This document shows positions 36,471 through 50,357 of a DNA stretch of 64,000 bases, in pieces. Below the pieces are notes generated by a model, which was not told the origin of the DNA, did not search any database, and saw nothing but the letters and a program-made list of their open reading frames with translations. The position numbers and the translations under genes are program-made. Origin of the DNA: Anthoceros angustus (lineage: Eukaryota; Plantae; Anthocerotophyta); the NCBI GenBank assembly GCA_010909165.1, contig MU008154.1, positions 434,001 through 498,000 on the forward strand. Direction: 5' to 3'. Position 1 is the stretch's first letter, and the number at the start of each line of letters is the position of its first letter.

Positions 36471-37631
36471 TTAATAACTGAACATGGGCACTGGAGGGGA
36501 ATCAGGAGGATCTAGTTCGCTATCCTCAGGCTCCGGGAAGGCCGAGACATATGGCAACTTGTCTTCAGGCGCTGCTACACTGCCCTGGCCGTTCTCCAAC
36601 TGCCCTTCTCCATCACACCCATCTCGGTCCACTACCTCAGTCTCTCCATCCCCGTCCATTCCAGGCTCCCTGTCCGAGGCTCCAGCAACCTCACCTGCTG
36701 CATCATCTTCCTTGCCCTCCTCATCCGGCTTCATCGTTCCATCATCTCCATCAAGAACACCCTCCACCTCATCCACGGGCGGGGGCTTCAACATCTCAAC
36801 CAACTCATGGTGATACACAGGTCCCCGGGACGTGCAGCTCAAGGCGTCATCCAAGCGGCGAGGATTCAGCCTCTCCTCATTCTTGTACTTGGCCTTCACC
36901 TGCCGCCGTGTCCGGCCAGGGAACAGGTGCTCAATCAAGCCGAAATCGGTCCCGAACTGCTCCAACGCCTTGTAGAACCTATCAGTCTCTTCAGGCTTCC
37001 ACCTGTCCACCGGCACGCGGTTGCTGTAGCTGTGGTAGTTCAGCTTGGACGCATTCTCCTCCACCCTAGTGTACCCTTCCCCGTTCCGACCCTCGGTGCC
37101 GTGAGACGATATCACCAGGCTCTCCTCATTGATCACAATCCTTCCATCAATCACCTGCACCTGCGGAGCCACCAGAGCCACAGCCTCCACCCGCTGCGGC
37201 TGCGCATTCCTGACCTGCGCCGCACGCCTATGCGGCGCCGCCTTCTTGGTAGGATCGTCCTTGGCCTTGAGCCTCTCCAGCGCCTCTGCACGCCATATCA
37301 GGTCGCTCATTTTCATCCTCTGCGGGTCCACCCCTTCCGCCTCCATCTGCTTCAAGACCTCCCGCGTGTCCATCCTCTTCCGTTTCTTCTTCCCGCCATC
37401 CTTCGCCGTGGCCTGCTTCTCTTGAGCCGCTGGCTCCGCTTCCTGGCTGGGAGCAGCCTGGCCGCCTCCATCGGGCCGCACCTCTCCCGCATCCCTTTCC
37501 CTCTCAGCATTCCGCAGCGCTGCTGCCGTCGCAGACCTTGTCACCCGCACAGGGTACTTCTTCCTCCCTGCCGTCGGCGCTGCGGCTGTCGCTGCTTCCG
37601 CGGGGGCAGGATCCTCCATCCTCCTCCACAA
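36471..37631 (-). CDS. BDP1: TFIIIB component B'' (Bdp1)-like SANT/Myb-domain protein
   Basis: APQVQVIDGRIVINEESLVI..NYHSYSNRVPVDRWKPEETDRFYKALEQFGTDFGLIEHLFPGRTRRQVKAKYKNEER. First ATG 37619; an upstream exon is not excluded. Confidence 0.85.
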   Translation of the reverse strand: MWRRMEDPAPAEAATAAAPTAGRKKYPVRVTRSATAAALRNAERERDAGEVRPDGGGQAAPSQEAEPAAQEKQATAKDGGKKKRKRMDTREVLKQMEAEGVDPQRMKMSDLIWRAEALERLKAKDDPTKKAAPHRRAAQVRNAQPQRVEAVALVAPQVQVIDGRIVINEESLVISSHGTEGRNGEGYTRVEENASKLNYHSYSNRVPVDRWKPEETDRFYKALEQFGTDFGLIEHLFPGRTRRQVKAKYKNEERLNPRRLDDALSCTSRGPVYHHELVEMLKPPPVDEVEGVLDGDDGTMKPDEEGKEDDAAGEVAGASDREPGMDGDGETEVVDRDGCDGEGQLENGQGSVAAPEDKLPYVSAFPEPEDSELDPPDSPPVPMFSY

Positions 37632-37982
37632 CTGCTGCTTCTAAATCAGGTTTAATCTCCTCTTCCCGCAAGAGGAGCAAGCATTCTATTGGATCCGAAA
37701 GAATCGATCCCAAACCACAGAACAAACCTCCCGGGAACAGCTCCAGCGACTCCGAGGGCCTGACACCACAGCGGGTTTCGGGAACTCGCTAAAACGATCT
37801 TGCTTGCTGCCACCTTCGTTTCCTGATCAAGCAAAGTTCGCCAATTATGTATTCCTCTGGAGCAAGCGATGGTTTCGTATTTCAGATGAACTCGGCGCTA
37901 GAAGCAGAGCCTTCATTAAATATACCAGTACATAAGACTAAGTTACATATATAGGCTAGCTCTGAGCAATAAATATTCCGGA

Positions 37983-40900
37983 TTAGGTCTGTGCAAATCC
38001 CTCAGCGCTCTCGTACTCGCCATGTTCCTCGAAATATGCCACCAGGCGCTTTAGGAAGGGATCCCCCGCAACAGTCTCGCTATCGCACACCACACAGCAT
38101 TGACGACGGGCACGGGTGACAGCAACGTTCATGCGGCGGCTGTCGTTGAGGAAACCCACCTGCAGGCAGACGATGTGGAGGAGAGATGACAAATGGGTCT
38201 TCGGCATGGCGGGAGGAGGATGATGAGAGTGGGATGTTTCGTAAGGTTCGTTACCTCGTGCTTATCGTTGGATCTGACCATGGAGATGATGATGGCTTCC
38301 TTCTCACGTCCCTGGAATCCGTCCACAGTGCTGATCTCGATGTCGACAAGCTTTTTGTCTTCATTTCTCATCGTTCTCAGCATGCCCACCTGCAAAGGCA
38401 GCAACTTCTCAGCTGCAGGTGGCACGATCCAGAAAGGCAGCAGCAGGAGTGATGGAGTGATGGAGTGATGAACACAAACCTGGGCAGAATATGGAGTGAT
38501 GATGCCCACGTCGGAGGCCTTGACACCACTCTCAAGAAGTTTCTTGGCATGTGCCACTGCCACTTTAGCCTCACCCTCGTTCATGTAGCTCTCTGCTTCA
38601 TCCTTGGTCTCCTCCATCCCACACCTGAGTTTAGAAGAGGAAGATTTTGATTGTAAGTTGTCTCGTACAGAAGTTGCGGGACTTCAGAAGTTATGGGACC
38701 ACAGCGGAGATCTTACCCTGCTGTGTCAATGAGAATGAGAGTCGGGTCGGTTGCCGAAGATTGTTTCACTCCTTCCAGATCCCCAAGGCCGTGGTGCCGG
38801 ACACTTGGATGGGCTTCAAGCTGGGACGTTTATAATGTCAGAGTCAGATCAGGGGGAAAAGCATTTCGAAGTCAGCCACAGTACACAAACCTTGTTCTTG
38901 TAGAACTCATGCGAAGACCAGTTCATGATAAGCTCGTGCATCCGATACTGCACTGTGAGCATCATGGTTGCTTCATCCTTGTAGAGATCTGCCAGGCGAG
39001 CAAATAGCGTCCTGCCAAGTCCCTTCTTTTCAGCTTCTGCACTTATTATAGTTGGGGATAATTGCAGATGGTCACCAGCGAGGATACACTTCCGACCCTG
39101 TCCAAGTCACAAGAGCAAACCTCCCTTTATCAGACTAGTCACCGATCAAGTCCCAACAGCATCCTGCATTACCCACAACAGTATTACCTTGAGAAGAGCA
39201 ATCCAGCAAGCAACCTCAAGAGCCTGGGCAGCCTCATCAATCACGACGACATCAAACGTGGTGTCCTTGAGCTGGAAGGAAAGGGCTCCAGTTAGAGTTG
39301 TAAGGATAACACTCGAGTCCTTTATGACATCCGCAACAGCTTGCTGATGCCTTTGACGCTCTTCCTTGGCCAAATCTCGTAGCTCCTTGCGAATGTCTCC
39401 CCGACTCCTCTTATCTTTGGCTTTTAGGAGTTTAGCATTAAGTGCCTGGACGTATCAAAAAGGTGAGGTGAGCTATCCGAAGACCAACACATCTGTGGTC
39501 CAACTCCAAGACCTGTACAGCGACTATAAAGCACACACTACCTTCATCTCCTTTCTCACGTCATTTGCCAAAGCGCTGTTATCTGCTTTCAATACCTGCA
39601 CAACACACAGATTGGGCAACATCAGACCAGTCATTCACACGGATAGTACACGCACATGTGCAAGAGAGGCAGACCTGCGCATCAAGTGCGCTGTCTAAAA
39701 CTTGAGGCAGAAGTCGTGCTGGATGCCCAACTCGCACCAATTTCACTCTGCAACATCATCATCTTCACAGTTAGGAAATTCCTAAGAGCTAGACACTGTC
39801 TCTTGGGGTGAGAGTTCCAGCGGAGGATTTTCCTAATGGACACTGTATCTTCGCAGAGGTACCTAGCAATCATCCTTACTTGTTGCAGAGAAGGCGTTCA
39901 ACAAGATTATCGACAGCAATATTCGAAGCTGCACAGGCGAGCACTTTGCAACCACGTTTCACCTCTTGAAGAATTATCTCCACTACAGCCGTGGTCTTTC
40001 CAGTACCTGGAGGCCCATGGAGCAACACCACGCTACTTGCTTCCAGTGCCTTTCCCACAGCTGCCATCTGCTCTTGCATCGGCAGGTGAAAGACAAAGGA
40101 GGGTACTATAAACGCAGAGCTTGGTAAACTGGCAAACATCAGGGCTCAGCAAATGCTAGCACCAGAATACATTAGAATGAACTCAGAGTCTTGGCAAAAA
40201 AATCTACCTGAGAGTGGTCTAGGTTGCTATTGAAAGGCTTGAATGCAACAGGCTTTTTTGAGAACAAAGGAGGCTGAGAACCAAACAGAATTGGCACCAG
40301 TTCAGCCGCAGGGCCCTTCACTACACCACGGCTTAGCTCTGAAAGTGTTTCTTTCAGCCTCTTATAAGTCACCTGGACATAAAACAACAAAGGTAAGCTT
40401 CGCAATAAAATCGAGTTCCTTACTTACAGCAGTGGTTGAGTTCGACATACTTCATTAGCAACTTTCTCCAGCCGAAGAGGAGAATTTAAACCGTCATCCA
40501 GCAGGTCTTCAACAGCTATTGTAATGGATCCTTCCTGCGATCAATTGTGAGGCATTAGCCCCCCAGCACCCACAGCCAGTTAAAAGAGGGTAGAATGCAA
40601 TAAGGAAGAAAATGCTCACCTTCAGGCGATACACAATTCCTTGGCCCAACGGGGGGCCGGATGAGTCTGCCTTGTTAAGCCGGAGCATCACAACATCATG
40701 CGTGGTGAGCTGATACGAGAAGATTGTAAGTGACTCATACTAGTTCCTGTCATGCAACATTCTTGTGAAGTGAGTCTCCCGTTACCTTATGAGGCGGAAG
40801 TAGATCCCCCCTGTTTGGCTGCAGTTCCACCAGCATCTTGCCGGAAAGCCCTGTCTAAGAACCAAGAGATAGGACGAGGACACTCGTTAGCAAGCACTCT

Positions 40901-41331
40901 ACAACACACCCACACTAAAACAACCTCAAATCAAAACCACCCCTACCTGCACATCCGCACACTTCAAGTTGAGCAAAGCACTCCCCCGTTTCTGAGCAAC
41001 ATCAGGTTTCAGGGCAGCATTTCTGTCCACTGAAGCTGCTATCTCCGCCCCCTGGAATCCCCAGAAAACCAGACTTCAGCCACCACCCATTCTGGGACCA
41101 TCCTTGCTGGAGGGACAAACTCCAGAACAACTGAATGGCATCCATCACCTTCTCAAGTTCAATCAGGGGCATCGTTCTGCTGACAAACATCTCCAACGTG
41201 AGCGCCTCCTCCGTAGCGCCATCAGCCGCTTCCTTCCCATTGCTCTTCTTCTCTTTCCCATCGCTCTTCTTCTCTTTCCCATCGCTCTTTTTCTCTTTCC
41301 CACAGCTTCTAGAGGCCTTGCCGTGAGACAT
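37983..41331 (-). CDS. IGHMBP2: SF1 helicase, DNA-binding protein SMUBP-2/IGHMBP2-like, multi-exon
   Basis: [82 protein letters not shown]. The N-terminus has a KEKKS(D/N)G triple repeat. Confidence 0.93.
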
Positions 41332-41948
41332 GGTGCCTCACTGCCACAACTCACCGACTGCGTCTCCACCCCAAGACATGGACAAGCCTGAACCTCGATA
41401 GGTTCGTGATCTTCCAACCTTCGTTATCTCCCGAAGTAGACAGTGGAGACGTACAACATACCATCATATCAACATCCTTTGCCCTCTCAAACACAGTTTA
41501 GAAACTGCGACGTCTCGATGTGTCACCATGGCTAAAGCTTTCATGAGCATGTGATCAGTAGGATCTCCAGCCATCCTTCCCAAGGGATTTGATCTAGAAA
41601 AGGGCGGCCTTGGAAAGTGTGGAAGCCTAGTCGTAGTTGCACTTAAATCCAGCCTATGGCAGAAATTGAGGGTGCAGTTGCCGGCACCTGCACCTCCTAG
41701 TCGACGAGTTTCCATACACCAGCTCCAGTACTCGGGCTTTTCACTTTCATCCCAAAGAGATTCCCGAGCAAAGCGAACCGCAGGGTGGGCCTGCTTTGAA
41801 GAGTGGTTGTCGGAAGCAGGAGCCCGATTCTGTGTGTTGCCGGACTCGGGCAGGGTAATGAGTGCGCTGCATCTCAGCAGGATCCCTACATCAGGGCTGC
41901 ATGCTCTGTTAAAGGGAGGGGAGCGCGTGGGTGCGGGGGAAGACGATC

Positions 41949-43088
41949 ATGTCGGGACGATTGTCTCCCGGCCGGGCTAGCCCGGTGCACTTACTGGACG
42001 ACGCCTGCCTTGTGCGGATTTTCAGCTTCCTCACTCCCATGCCTGGTGCCGCTCGCTGCCTCCCTCCCAACCCACCGCCCAGCAGTTCTGCTTGGCAAAT
42101 TGGTGCTCCAGCCTTGCCTTTCTCACATGATGCATCTTTTGCGGCCTTGCAGATAGATTCCATGCAGGACGGGTGTGCAGACGGTGGCAAACCCTGGCAT
42201 CGGATCCTCGAATGTGGCTGCGGGTGGGCACTGGACCTGCAGGGTGTCCCGGGGTTTTCTTGAATGTGCAGGATGCGGTTAACGAGGCCAGGTACGGGTA
42301 GCTCAGTTCCTGCAGCTTGGACGGAAGGGAACTGCAGGGTGTACTGGATCTGACCAGCTGCAGTGGATGGCAGGCCTGGGGACACTATCCTGATAGCGTC
42401 GGGAGCAGCTCATGAAGTTGTGAATGTGCATCTTGATAAGCCGTTGTGCTTGGTATGGCTGCTGGTTGCTTGGCATAATCTGAGCTTTCGATCTGGAGCT
42501 TTTGAATGTTGTTCTCACAGAGTTGCTGGTGCGCAGATGGGAGAGGGCGAGTCTCCAGATGACACAATTCTGCAATGCCCCAGGGGAGTTGAAAGGTGCG
42601 TGTGAGCTTGCCTTGCCCTCTGCAGGAGTCAAAAGGACAGGACAGGTAGTGTGGTTGAATGACTCGGTTGTATCTGTTGCAGTGCTCTGGAATTCTCGGC
42701 GAGCTGCAGAGTTGTGAATCTTACAATTCAAGCAGAACTGGGAAGCTGCCTACTTCACCGGAAGGGCCGGCTTACAGTAGAGAGCTGTTTTCTCAAGTGC
42801 GAAGAGCACCCACTGGAGCATCTGTGTTGTCCCATTGTAAGCACCGCTGATGATGAGCTAGAGCTATTTCCCTCAGCCATCACCAAAGGTCGGAGTGATG
42901 TGTCGGTAGTTGAAACTAGGATACAGGGTGGATCTGGTGCAGTGAAAGTCAGTGGAAGCCTACAGCTGCAGGAAGTGAGGGTGATGTATGCGAGAGCTGC
43001 TCTCGTGTTTTGGTTTACTGTTGCCAAGAATCAGACTTTTGCTGAAGTGGACTCTTCCATAGAATCCATACTGCCTTGCAAAGGCTGA
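41949..43088 (+). CDS. SKIP5: F-box protein SKIP5-like, multi-exon
   Basis: LDDACLVRIFSFLTPMP (F-box), RPGDTILIA, AELGSCLLHRKGRLTV, HPLEHLCCPIVSTA, TRIQGG..VRVMY..LVFWF. Confidence 0.88.
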
Positions 43089-43541
43089 AAGAACAGCGCC
43101 TATGGAGTAGTACATGTACAATATAGTAAAGATCGACGAGTAATCGCATGGAGATACTTGAGATAGCAATAGGAGTCTGGCTCGGACCAGCATTGATCTT
43201 CATTCTTTCTTCACAGCATTGATCTTGATTCTTCTTCAAAGTGTAAATTGGCGCACAAGGCATTTCAAGAGTTCATAGACAACCAAACCGTGTTCACCGT
43301 CTGGGGTATAACAAATGGCATGAAGCCCCGCCATCAATCTGCATCCAACTTCCTGCCGATGACGATAGAAGTTAGACGACAATGGAAAGCAAGTACCTAC
43401 TCTCATTCCGACCACGGCAGAAAAATCCTTCCACCTGCAATCGACAGATCTAACCTAAATCCGGAGCCGATGCTTCAAACTATAGTCCTCCAGTCCACCG
43501 TCTCTCTCCAGCAGCAAGGATGGCCTCTTCAACTTCATCAA

Positions 43542-44068
43542 TCAGGGAGCAGCAGAGTGCGCCGCAGGTTCGTACAGGCCGAGCATGTGGCCATCAAGAC
43601 ACCGCACTGACGCAACCTGCAACTCACCAAAATTACTCTGAGCCGGCTCCCTCTCCACACCCAACACACAGACAAAGGAAGGGTTTCTGCAACCCTACCT
43701 TCCCATGACTCAAGTACTTAATAGGCCCATCCAGCTCTGCTCCCAATGTCAAAAGCCTCCTCACAGTCTGGTCCATGTCCTCCACATCGAATGACAGGAA
43801 GGGAGAGTGCCCCTTCACCACTATCCCATCACTGCACCCACAAGCTCCCTCAGTCCTTCTCCTCCCTGCACCCACACACTCCCCTGACCTGACACATCCA
43901 ATGTCCTCACCTCGGCGCTTGCAGGAGACTGATCTTGAAGGGACCAGACTGCAGCTGCGCCCACCTCTGCGTGCATACAGTCACAGCCAAGCCCAAGCCG
44001 TGTGCGTAGAAGCGAGCTGCCTTGGGCACGTCCGTGTGCAACAACACCACGTACCTCAACAACGCCAT
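43542..44068 (-). CDS. Small VOC/glyoxalase-bleomycin-resistance family protein, 3 exons
   Basis: Manual translation: MALLRYVVLLHTDVPKAARFYAHGLG..WAQLQSGP / HSPFLSFDVEDMDQTVRRLLTLGAELDGPIKYLSHGK / VASVRCLDGHMLGLYEP. Confidence 0.85.
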
Positions 44069-44320
44069 GCCACAAAAAACGATGAAACTTGCGTTACGTA
44101 AAGCCTTTCCTCTGAAACAAAACGATGGTTACCAAATTGCAATACAAATATTTCATAAGAGCTAGTTCCGGGGGCCGGGACTCTGGGATGCAGCAGCCCT
44201 GTACGTCCCCGAGGGGAAACTACTTCCAACAAAACATGAAGGACAGTCTAAGCCGGTTGTTTCCCGCCTCGCCTTGCCGGCCCTCCTCTCGCCCTCCTCC
44301 CACTGTGGACGAAGGAAGCC

Positions 44321-46653
44321 ATGAATCTGTGCCTTCTTGGTAGGATGGCAATTATTCCCCACCCTGTGTTGTTGTTGCGATGATCCTGGTTGCTGAAGAA
44401 TGTCGGTGGAAATTGGTCTGTTTTCCTGAAGTCAAGAATCGGCACTGGTTCTTTGTACGCAGATCCTTTCCAGAGTGATTTTCCGGATGTGATTGAGGAA
44501 GGTCTGGAGCACAGGGTGACGCGCTGCATCGCCTTCAATCGGAGGGGAACTCTTCTTGCCGGTTCTTGAATTCGTCACCCTCACCTCCCTTCTTGATTTC
44601 TCACATTTTGCTTGCTTGCAATTAAGCGAGCATTTGGGTTGTGGGCGCCATTGCAGCGGGCTGCCTGGACGGAGTGTGCGTGATCTGGGACTTCGACACC
44701 AGAGGCGTCGCCAAGGAGTTGATTGATCCAGAATGCACCGCGGCCATCACGAGTGTGAGTTGGTCCAAATGTGGCCGCCGCTTGCTGGCTGCTGCAGCCC
44801 ACAAAATGCTCTATCTCTGGGACGTGGCACAAGGCACCAGGATCGCCAGCTTCGCCTTGGAGCAGACGGCCTTGCACGCCCGGCTGCACCCGGGAATGTC
44901 CAAGCCCTGCCTGTGCCTGGCTTGTCCCATTTCCAGTGCTCCAGTTCTTGTGGACCTGGAGGCAGGGAGCATGCATGTGCTTCCTGTGGATGTTCCCGCT
45001 GCGGTAGCCGAAGTGTCCGAGGCACAGGCACAAGCACAAGCACAGGCTCAGGATCAGGCACAGGCACAGGCACAAGTACAGCCTCAGCCTCCCCCTGTGG
45101 CATCGATATCTCAGCACCCTCGTCCCAGTTGCAAGATCACGGAGAGTGGGCTGTACTCGCCGTCTGCAGCAAGCTTCAACAAGAAGGGAGACCTCATCTT
45201 CGTAGGGAATGCTAAGGGAGACATCCTGATTGTGGATGTGAAGACCCGCCAGATCCAGTGCCATGTGCAGGTGCCTGGAGGTGCTTCCATCAGGCAAGTG
45301 GTGTTCAGCCGAAACGGGCTCCACATGCTGACCAACTCCAGTGACAGGATCATCCGGGTGTTCGAGAACCTCATCCCCGCTGGATGCGACCTGCAGGAAT
45401 GGTTTCAGAGCCTAGTGAAGGAGGGGGAGACGGATGACCCCAGGACCAGGGGCCTGCAGTGTCTCCGACTGTCCAAGGAGTTCCAGGAGACGGTGAATCG
45501 GATACACTGGAAATCAGCCTGCTTCAACTGTGACAGCGAGTGTGTTGTGGGGGCATCTGCCAACAAGGCTGAGCACAAGATTCACATCTGGAACAGGAAG
45601 TTCGGACAGCTTGCAAGGATACTGGAATGCCCCAAGGAAGGGCTGGCTGACCTAGCTTGGCATCCCACCCGGCCTATTGTTGCATCTGTGACCATGAACG
45701 GTGTGGTGTATCTCTGGGCCAAGGACTACTCCGAGAACTGGAGTGCATTTGCCCCGGACTTCAAGGAGCTGGAAGAGAACGAGGAGTACGTGGAACGGGA
45801 GGACGAATTTGACATCCTGCCACCCGAGGCTGAGAAGGTAAGAGATGTGTCCACATTTCGGAGGTTTGGTTCAATCCTGGAAGAAGCTCCGACCCACTTT
45901 TCTGGACTGGTTTGGGAGGCAGGTAAAGATCGCTCACGCTCAGGCTCAGGCTCAAGCTCAGGCAGATGATGATGCAGAAATTGACATCGTGACGGCAGAC
46001 AAGGTGGCTGCCTACAGCGAGACCGATGACTCCGATGACGGCTTGTACTTCCTCCCAACAGGCCCGTTGCCAGACGGCCCTGCAGACCAGGTGCCCACCA
46101 ACAAAGCCAGATGCGACACCCCAGACTCCAAGGACTCTCCGCTCTTCGATGCCGATGACGAGTCCAACCCCGGGTCCCCTCACATGCCGCAATCCACAGA
46201 AGGTGACTACCCGCTCATCCTTGCGATGTTGGGTTCCACCTTAAACATCGCCCACAAAACGTTTGGACCCAGTCAGAGGCTCACACCTTGCATCCATCCT
46301 ACTTGATTGCAGAGACAGATGTGGATGCGGATGCCGAAGCGGACGCCGAGGTCGGGCAGGACGGGCGATTGAAGCGGAAGAGGAAGCTGTCCAAGAAGGC
46401 AGCAGAGCTGCAGGCAGACATAGGGAAGAAACCTGTGAGTGTGCGACTGAAAGCTGCAGGCCCAGCCGGTGGGCCGCCCAGGCTGCTAGAGGAAAGCCTG
46501 CACATGGAACAGGTTCTGGCGCTCGCGGCCACGCGGGGTGATGAGGGACAGAGCGGGCGTGAGGGCAACCACATCTGTCACAGCCATTACAAAAGAGTTG
46601 GATGCCAGAGAGCCTCCAATGGCTTGATGGTAGGTGCAACGTTCCGTTTGTGA
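44321..46653 (+). CDS. RBL: WD40 COMPASS subunit RBBP5/Swd1 (plant RBL), multi-exon
   Basis: MNLCLL/DPFQSDFPDVIEE..CIAFNRRGTLLA/AGCLDGVCVIWDFDTRG..DLAWHPTRP..ENWSAFAPDFKELEENEEYVEREDEFD. Confidence 0.92.
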
Positions 46654-48959
46654 CCACATTTCCTCGCTCATGTCTTGACGTTGTCCACTGATCGACCTCC
46701 TCGTGTTTCAAACCGCAGAGATACTTGAACATCGTGGGCAAACGGATTCCGAGGCTAAGACCTGTGGCTGCACTCAACCCTCGCACCCCTGTTCTTCCTC
46801 ACGTTGCTTAGACCCTACACATTGGAGATCCATACCCTCCACGATTCCTATCAAACTACATATGTACCTACACCCTCATACATGCGTAACTTAAGCCCTC
46901 AACTAGGTGGATTCCATCCACATGCGTCAGTTGGCTTACGCAACTATCGCTTAGGTCCATTCTTATATCTAAATTAGCTAGAAACTTTTGTTTGCAATAT
47001 CTAGATTACCTAAAAAACAAGTTCTCCAGCTCTCCATGAAGAAAGTAAGATTGAATAAAATAAAGTTAACTACTAACAGGTCCCAAATATTATATGAAAA
47101 ATAATTTATTATTAAAAATTTATTTATTTATTTATTCTTCTATTGTAGAAATTAATAATGTACAAAATTTACTTACAATGCAGTTTGAAATCTCTATGTA
47201 TAAGGTTTGCTAAACCAAACAAAAAGAATTAGATATTGGTATTTAATGATGATTGATGACAGAATGCAACATATGAGTATCAAGCAAAATGACATTGAAA
47301 ACCCGTGTAGTGAAGTCCCAGAAAATGACGTCATACAAAGTGTTGTCATAGAAAGTATAGAAAGTGAAGTCATACAAAGTGTAACAATCAAAGATTATAT
47401 ACGAAAGTGATATCCACATATAGAGGAACCGTGAAAAGAGAAATTATAAAATGATAAAAATGATACCATGAAAAGTGAATTGTATACCATATCCTATCGG
47501 TGACAGCCGCGCAACTTAATTTATGTCTCACCGTTACATTACCGTTCAGGCCGGTATGGCTGAACGTTTAAGGACTCATTCTCGTCCCAGTGTTCCCTCT
47601 ATCACCCGTGACTTCCTTGCCGCTCTACTCTTGTCGACCTCGTCCGTACCCTGAGGTGCTTGGTTGAAGTTGCATGTCCCGGTGAGTGGGTTGCAGCACC
47701 TCCGCGTTCGCGACCGCCGGTCCGTCCAGTCCAGGCTCTACATGCCCTACCTCGTGACTGGCCTTCCACGGCCGCTCCGGTCTATTGGCCATTGGGGTCC
47801 TGCCCTGGAAGAGGAGGGATCCCGGTTTCTCCACACCTGCACTCACCACCATGCGTTAGGGATCCGTCACCAGAACCTGGATAACTCTCTCCGGGGTAGT
47901 CCGCCCGCTCGGTGACTCGGGACTCGCATTAGTACTGGACTCACAGAAGCTTGCAAGTATAACGCGGCATCAACCCCAAAAGAAAGATCACTTTACTGCA
48001 ATGACAACCCCCTTCTTATACTACGTTTCGAGGTAGTGCCTTCATTACATTCATAAATTGGTCTTGCACCCTTGCCTATCGGGCAAGCAGCATAACCTTG
48101 TTGTTTAACCACTATACCACAACAACAACAACTTTATTAATGTATGCTAAGGATGGAAGGAGTCAAGGACCATGGGACAAAGATAACACATCGTAAAAGA
48201 GGTGAAGTATAGATTTATATGTTCTGAACTTGAAAGACAATAACTATTTGAGATGAGAGAAAAAAAGAAGCAAAAGTACAATGAGTTGGGTTATCTAGCA
48301 AAGTGCTTTTGAACAGACTCATTACTTGAGGTGACTCCATCAAGTTTGCTTATAAAAAGTGATATCATGAAGTGAAATCTAAAATTATTTTGTGAATTCA
48401 TGCGAACACAGGATTGGTGAATATATATATATTCAAATCTATATAATTTGAAAACCATAAAATAATTTTCAGATTTCATTTTTCATATTACTATTATTGT
48501 TATCATTATTATTATTATCATTATTATCATTATTAATAAATAAATATATTATATTATATAATATTCATAGACTAATACTGGATTATTGTATATGTACATA
48601 GTTTATATATTATTTACAGACCATATATACAGATCGTATATATTTATAAATTATATATATAAATTTAAATATATATATTCTAAAATATTTATACGAATGT
48701 AAAATTATATAAAATTTATATAAATACAGGATTTATACCAATAAGAACGCATAAGAGATAATGAGGACATTTGAGTTAGTGAGGACAAAGAATATGAAGA
48801 ACCACATAGGTATAGTCTGTATTATAACTAACTGCCAAGTTCCTTTTCAAATTTTCTTGGTAAAAAAAATAATTAATAAAATAGGAATACATAATGATAA
48901 AAATAAAAATAAAATTTATGGTTGCTTGGTATACGGCTTGTGAAGTAGCTTGGTCTCCT

Positions 48960-49400
48960 AAAGAGGGTTCCTTCAAGCCGGCACGACTAGAAATGGTAGG
49001 TCGGGATTTAAAGTTGTACCTAAGGTCCACGGCATCAATGTGTGTTGATTCATGAGTGGGAGAGTCCTCGATTGCATACTCAAGTTCTTATCTGGTGCAA
49101 GTTCTTATTTTCAGTTACACCATTTTTTGTTGAGGAGTGTATACAATAGTGAGTTGTTGAGCTATATCTTCAGCTCGGCAAAAATCTTCAAATTGACTAG
49201 ATGTGAACTCGCCACTGCTGTCGGAATGTAAGGTTTTGAGTTTCTTATCTGTTAATCTCTCCGTCCAGGTGAAATGATAAGCATCACCTTTGTGATTGAG
49301 GATGTAGATGAGTGTAAGAGTGAGGAGTAGTCGTCGATAAAGGTTAAAAAATTTCTGCTGCGTATGAAGAGGGTGCAGAGATTGGGCCACAAACGTCTAA
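48960..49400 (-). mobile_element. Ty1/Copia remnant (integrase fragment joined to an RNase H C-terminal trace)
   Basis: RNFLTFIDDYS and LKTLHSDSSGEFTSSQFEDFCRAEDIAQQLTIVYTPQQ (rve integrase). HESTHIDAVDLRYNF resembles the Copia RNase H end H.RTKHID.RYHF. Confidence 0.75.
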
Positions 49401-49725
49401 ATGTCTTTGTGAACGAGGGTGCAGAGATTGGGCCACAGTCGTCTAAATGTCCACAAACGTCTAAATGTCTTTGTGAACGAGGGTGCAGAGATTGGGCCAC
49501 AGTCGTCTAAATGTCTTTGTGAACGAGGGTGCAGAGATTGGGCCACAAATGTCTAAATGTCAATATGAACAAGCTCGAGAGGAGATATTGCGGACCATAA
49601 TGATCATTGTGAACAAGCTCGAGAGGTGATATTACAGACCATAAATATCAGTGTGAACAAGCTCGAAAGGTGATATTACGGGCCATAAATGTCTATGTGA
49701 ATAAGCTCGAGAGATGATATTGCCC
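49368..49725. repeat. Two adjacent tandem arrays: 4 x ~47-63 bp and 4 x 44 bp
   Basis: gagggtgcagagattgggccac four times (49368-49560); tgaa(c/t)aagctcga at 49566, 49610, 49654 and 49698. Confidence 0.85.
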
Positions 49726-50357
49726 TACGCGCGGAGATGTTCTGGAAATATAAATATAAACTAACACTAAATCCCTCTCAACGAACATCATTAAATCACA
49801 CTAACATAATCTCAACGTCCTAATTAACTCTTGGGTTTCTTCGAAAGGTAAGAGAAATAGCTTCCCCGTTGAACATACTCTTCACTAGAGAGCCACCCCA
49901 CTTGGAAGAAACACTTGCAAAGTATAGTGATAACCAGTTAGGCCTCCTCCTGTTCTCATACAGGCCACCGTAAGAATTGGGCCGACCTCCCACCTTGCAC
50001 ACCACCCCCTCCGCTGGATGCGGTTTCAAGGCTCTGCAAACTCGTGATACCCAGACCTCGTGTCACATGGGTAAGACATCTACGGGGCTCCATCTCTACC
50101 TTGGTTTATCCTTGGATCATTAACAGGTTTTACAAACATAACAAAGTCATCTCCTGCAGCTTTGAGTTGAGAGTGACCACACCTTCACATGTCGCCCTGA
50201 TTCATATCTGAAAGAGGCAAAGACAGGCACATTTCTTAGCTACCCGGCAAATGAAACGTGAACGACATTCAGTAGACATTACAAACATATTCTCACCCGT
50301 TGTTAAGAAGTTTGGAAAGAGTTTCGCAGTTGCTGCCAGTGACGGGATAAGCACAGC

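Noticed and set aside
47499-48007. Possible solo LTR bounded by TG..CA
   Set aside because: No target-site duplication, PBS/PPT or second copy.
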